A DNA stretch of 64,000 nt from Camelus dromedarius (taxonomy: Eukaryota). Shown one piece after another: positions 62,568-64,000 of this stretch; position 1 is the first letter of the stretch; the number at the start of each line of letters is the position of its first letter. The notes below the pieces were generated by a model, which was given only the letters and a program-made list of their open reading frames with translations, was not told the origin of the DNA and made no database searches. The stretch covers positions 110,672,001-110,736,000 of the forward strand of contig NC_087437.1 in assembly GCF_036321535.1 (NCBI RefSeq), read 5' to 3'. The translations under genes were made by a program, and so were the position numbers.

Positions 62568-64000
62568 CTTGGGAGCCGAAAGGGAGAAAAAAGAAGACAT
62601 GCATCACACAGAGAAGTAACCCAGGCGCTCCTGTCAGTCCAGCCAGGGGCTGTGTAGCTACAGGTGTCCCACAGGGCATTGCTCTCCTGGACCAATTACT
62701 CCTCAGCCCCCTGACCTGCTCAAACCCAATTTGCCTGCAGAGCAGCTCAGTAAAACCCGAGCCACCCCAGTATGAACGCAAACAATTTGGAATGCTCAAG
62801 AAGTAATAAAAAAACAAAACCCAAGACAACAAGGAACATTTCAAAGAACTTATTATTTATCTGACTTAGATAATTAAGTCATTGGCAAATCAGCTATTGA
62901 GATTCTCCCACTGCCCTTCTGAGTGAGCTCAGCGCCCTCACCCTCATCAGCCTGCCTGGAGCTCCGGGAAATTCTGCAGGGTAATTAGCTAGTTGTTCTG
63001 GAGGTAGGGGGTTCCAAGGGATATAGAGGTCTTTATAGCTGACACCTTTTTTCAAAAATAAAGGGCCTAGTTAGGAGTCTATTTTATAATCTGGTGACAA
63101 AAAAGAGACGTAGTGCACCACCTCACCCACTCACCCAGCAAGGACCCACCGCCCAGGAGCAGGGACCAGTCCTCATGCTCCAATCAGCTTCACTTCTTCA
63201 AAACAAGCAGCCTCTCACTCCACATTGGGGCCCACAGCTCCGACGCAGGTTCTCCAATTACCTTGCCCTTTCAAAGCCGGGATGCTAGGAGCCCGAAGCA
63301 AGCTACTCACTGCCCCTGGGCCAAGAGACAGCTTGGGGCAACTGCCAAGATGCCGGGGGTATCAATTCCCAGTTTAAAAACATTGGGAACTTTCAAAGCA
63401 CTGCCCCTGCTCTCACAGTGAACGTTTCCGGGACACAGACAGGTCTGTTCTTAAATCAGAATCTTAATTACTCTAAAGTGCTGAAGGCATTTCCGTAAAC
63501 AATAATTAAATCATGGTAGTAATCAAGGGAGGATAATGACCGCAGTATAGGACAGAACATCTCAACAGTCTTAATGGAAAAGAAATTAGACTGTTTTTTC
63601 TCAAAGGAAGAGAATGAGAACGTGAGTCTGACGTAGGACGAGGATGGCAAAGTCTGGGGGCTTAACCACTTTAGTCTCATAAACAGTTAATTATGGTTTG
63701 AAAATGTAAAACCTAACAGGATATTCCGATCGCCACAAAAATGAGTGCTTTGTGCTCAAATCTTTGCTGAGAGGCAACGGAGCAGAATGAACCAAGCCAC
63801 AAGCTAATTTTGATCTGCACGAGATCTGAATAGGTGTTGTGCCCGCATCTCTGCACATCTAACTCAGTCAATTCTAAGTTACAGCTTTCAGAGTTCACCT
63901 TCATCACAAAATAGATACTAAGTGAGACACTAAAAGATGGGCATAGCCAGACATGGAAACCAGCAAAGGAGACAGAAAGACAAACGCTGTATGATTTCAC

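Noticed and set aside
62046..62657. 203-aa plus-strand ORF and other ORFs overlapping the 448-nt exon
   Set aside because: Antisense shadow of a GC3-rich TIAM1 exon, with no recognisable protein and no ATG start.

Overview
This is mammalian genomic DNA, most likely from a camelid. That inference rests on six tRNA-Ala(AGC)-derived vic-1-type SINEs and on my seeing no Alu, B1/B2, Bov-A/BovB or PRE-1 elements. The whole 64 kb lies inside the TIAM1 gene (Rac1 GEF) on the minus strand. I traced 11 consecutive coding exons with canonical GT-AG borders and consistent phases: 62120-62567, 57534-57706, 42331-42555, 40234-40419, 34723-34869, 32248-32322, 29469-29639, 23262-23366, 16955-17036, 9942-10028 and 4823-5047. 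They total 1924 nt, with no stops or frameshifts seen, and correspond to about residues 322-963 of human TIAM1 (degron region, PHn-CC-Ex, RBD, PDZ). The 5' exons and the DH-PHc exons lie outside the window. Introns contain ordinary repeats: L1, L2, L3/CR1, MIR, MLT1/MER21-type LTRs, hAT/Tigger MERs, SINEs and microsatellites. I found no novel multi-gene system, and almost all listed ORFs are chance ORFs. The observations most worth following up are a short poly(A)-tailed insert of unidentified origin inside an MLT1 LTR (about 43.0 kb), a tiny twin-primed 5'-inverted L1 with TSDs (about 31.7 kb), a divergent pair of strong CTCF motifs (17.9 and 18.7 kb) and a run of frame-symmetric exons. Repeat family names and human residue numbers come from memory of consensus sequences, not from a search.
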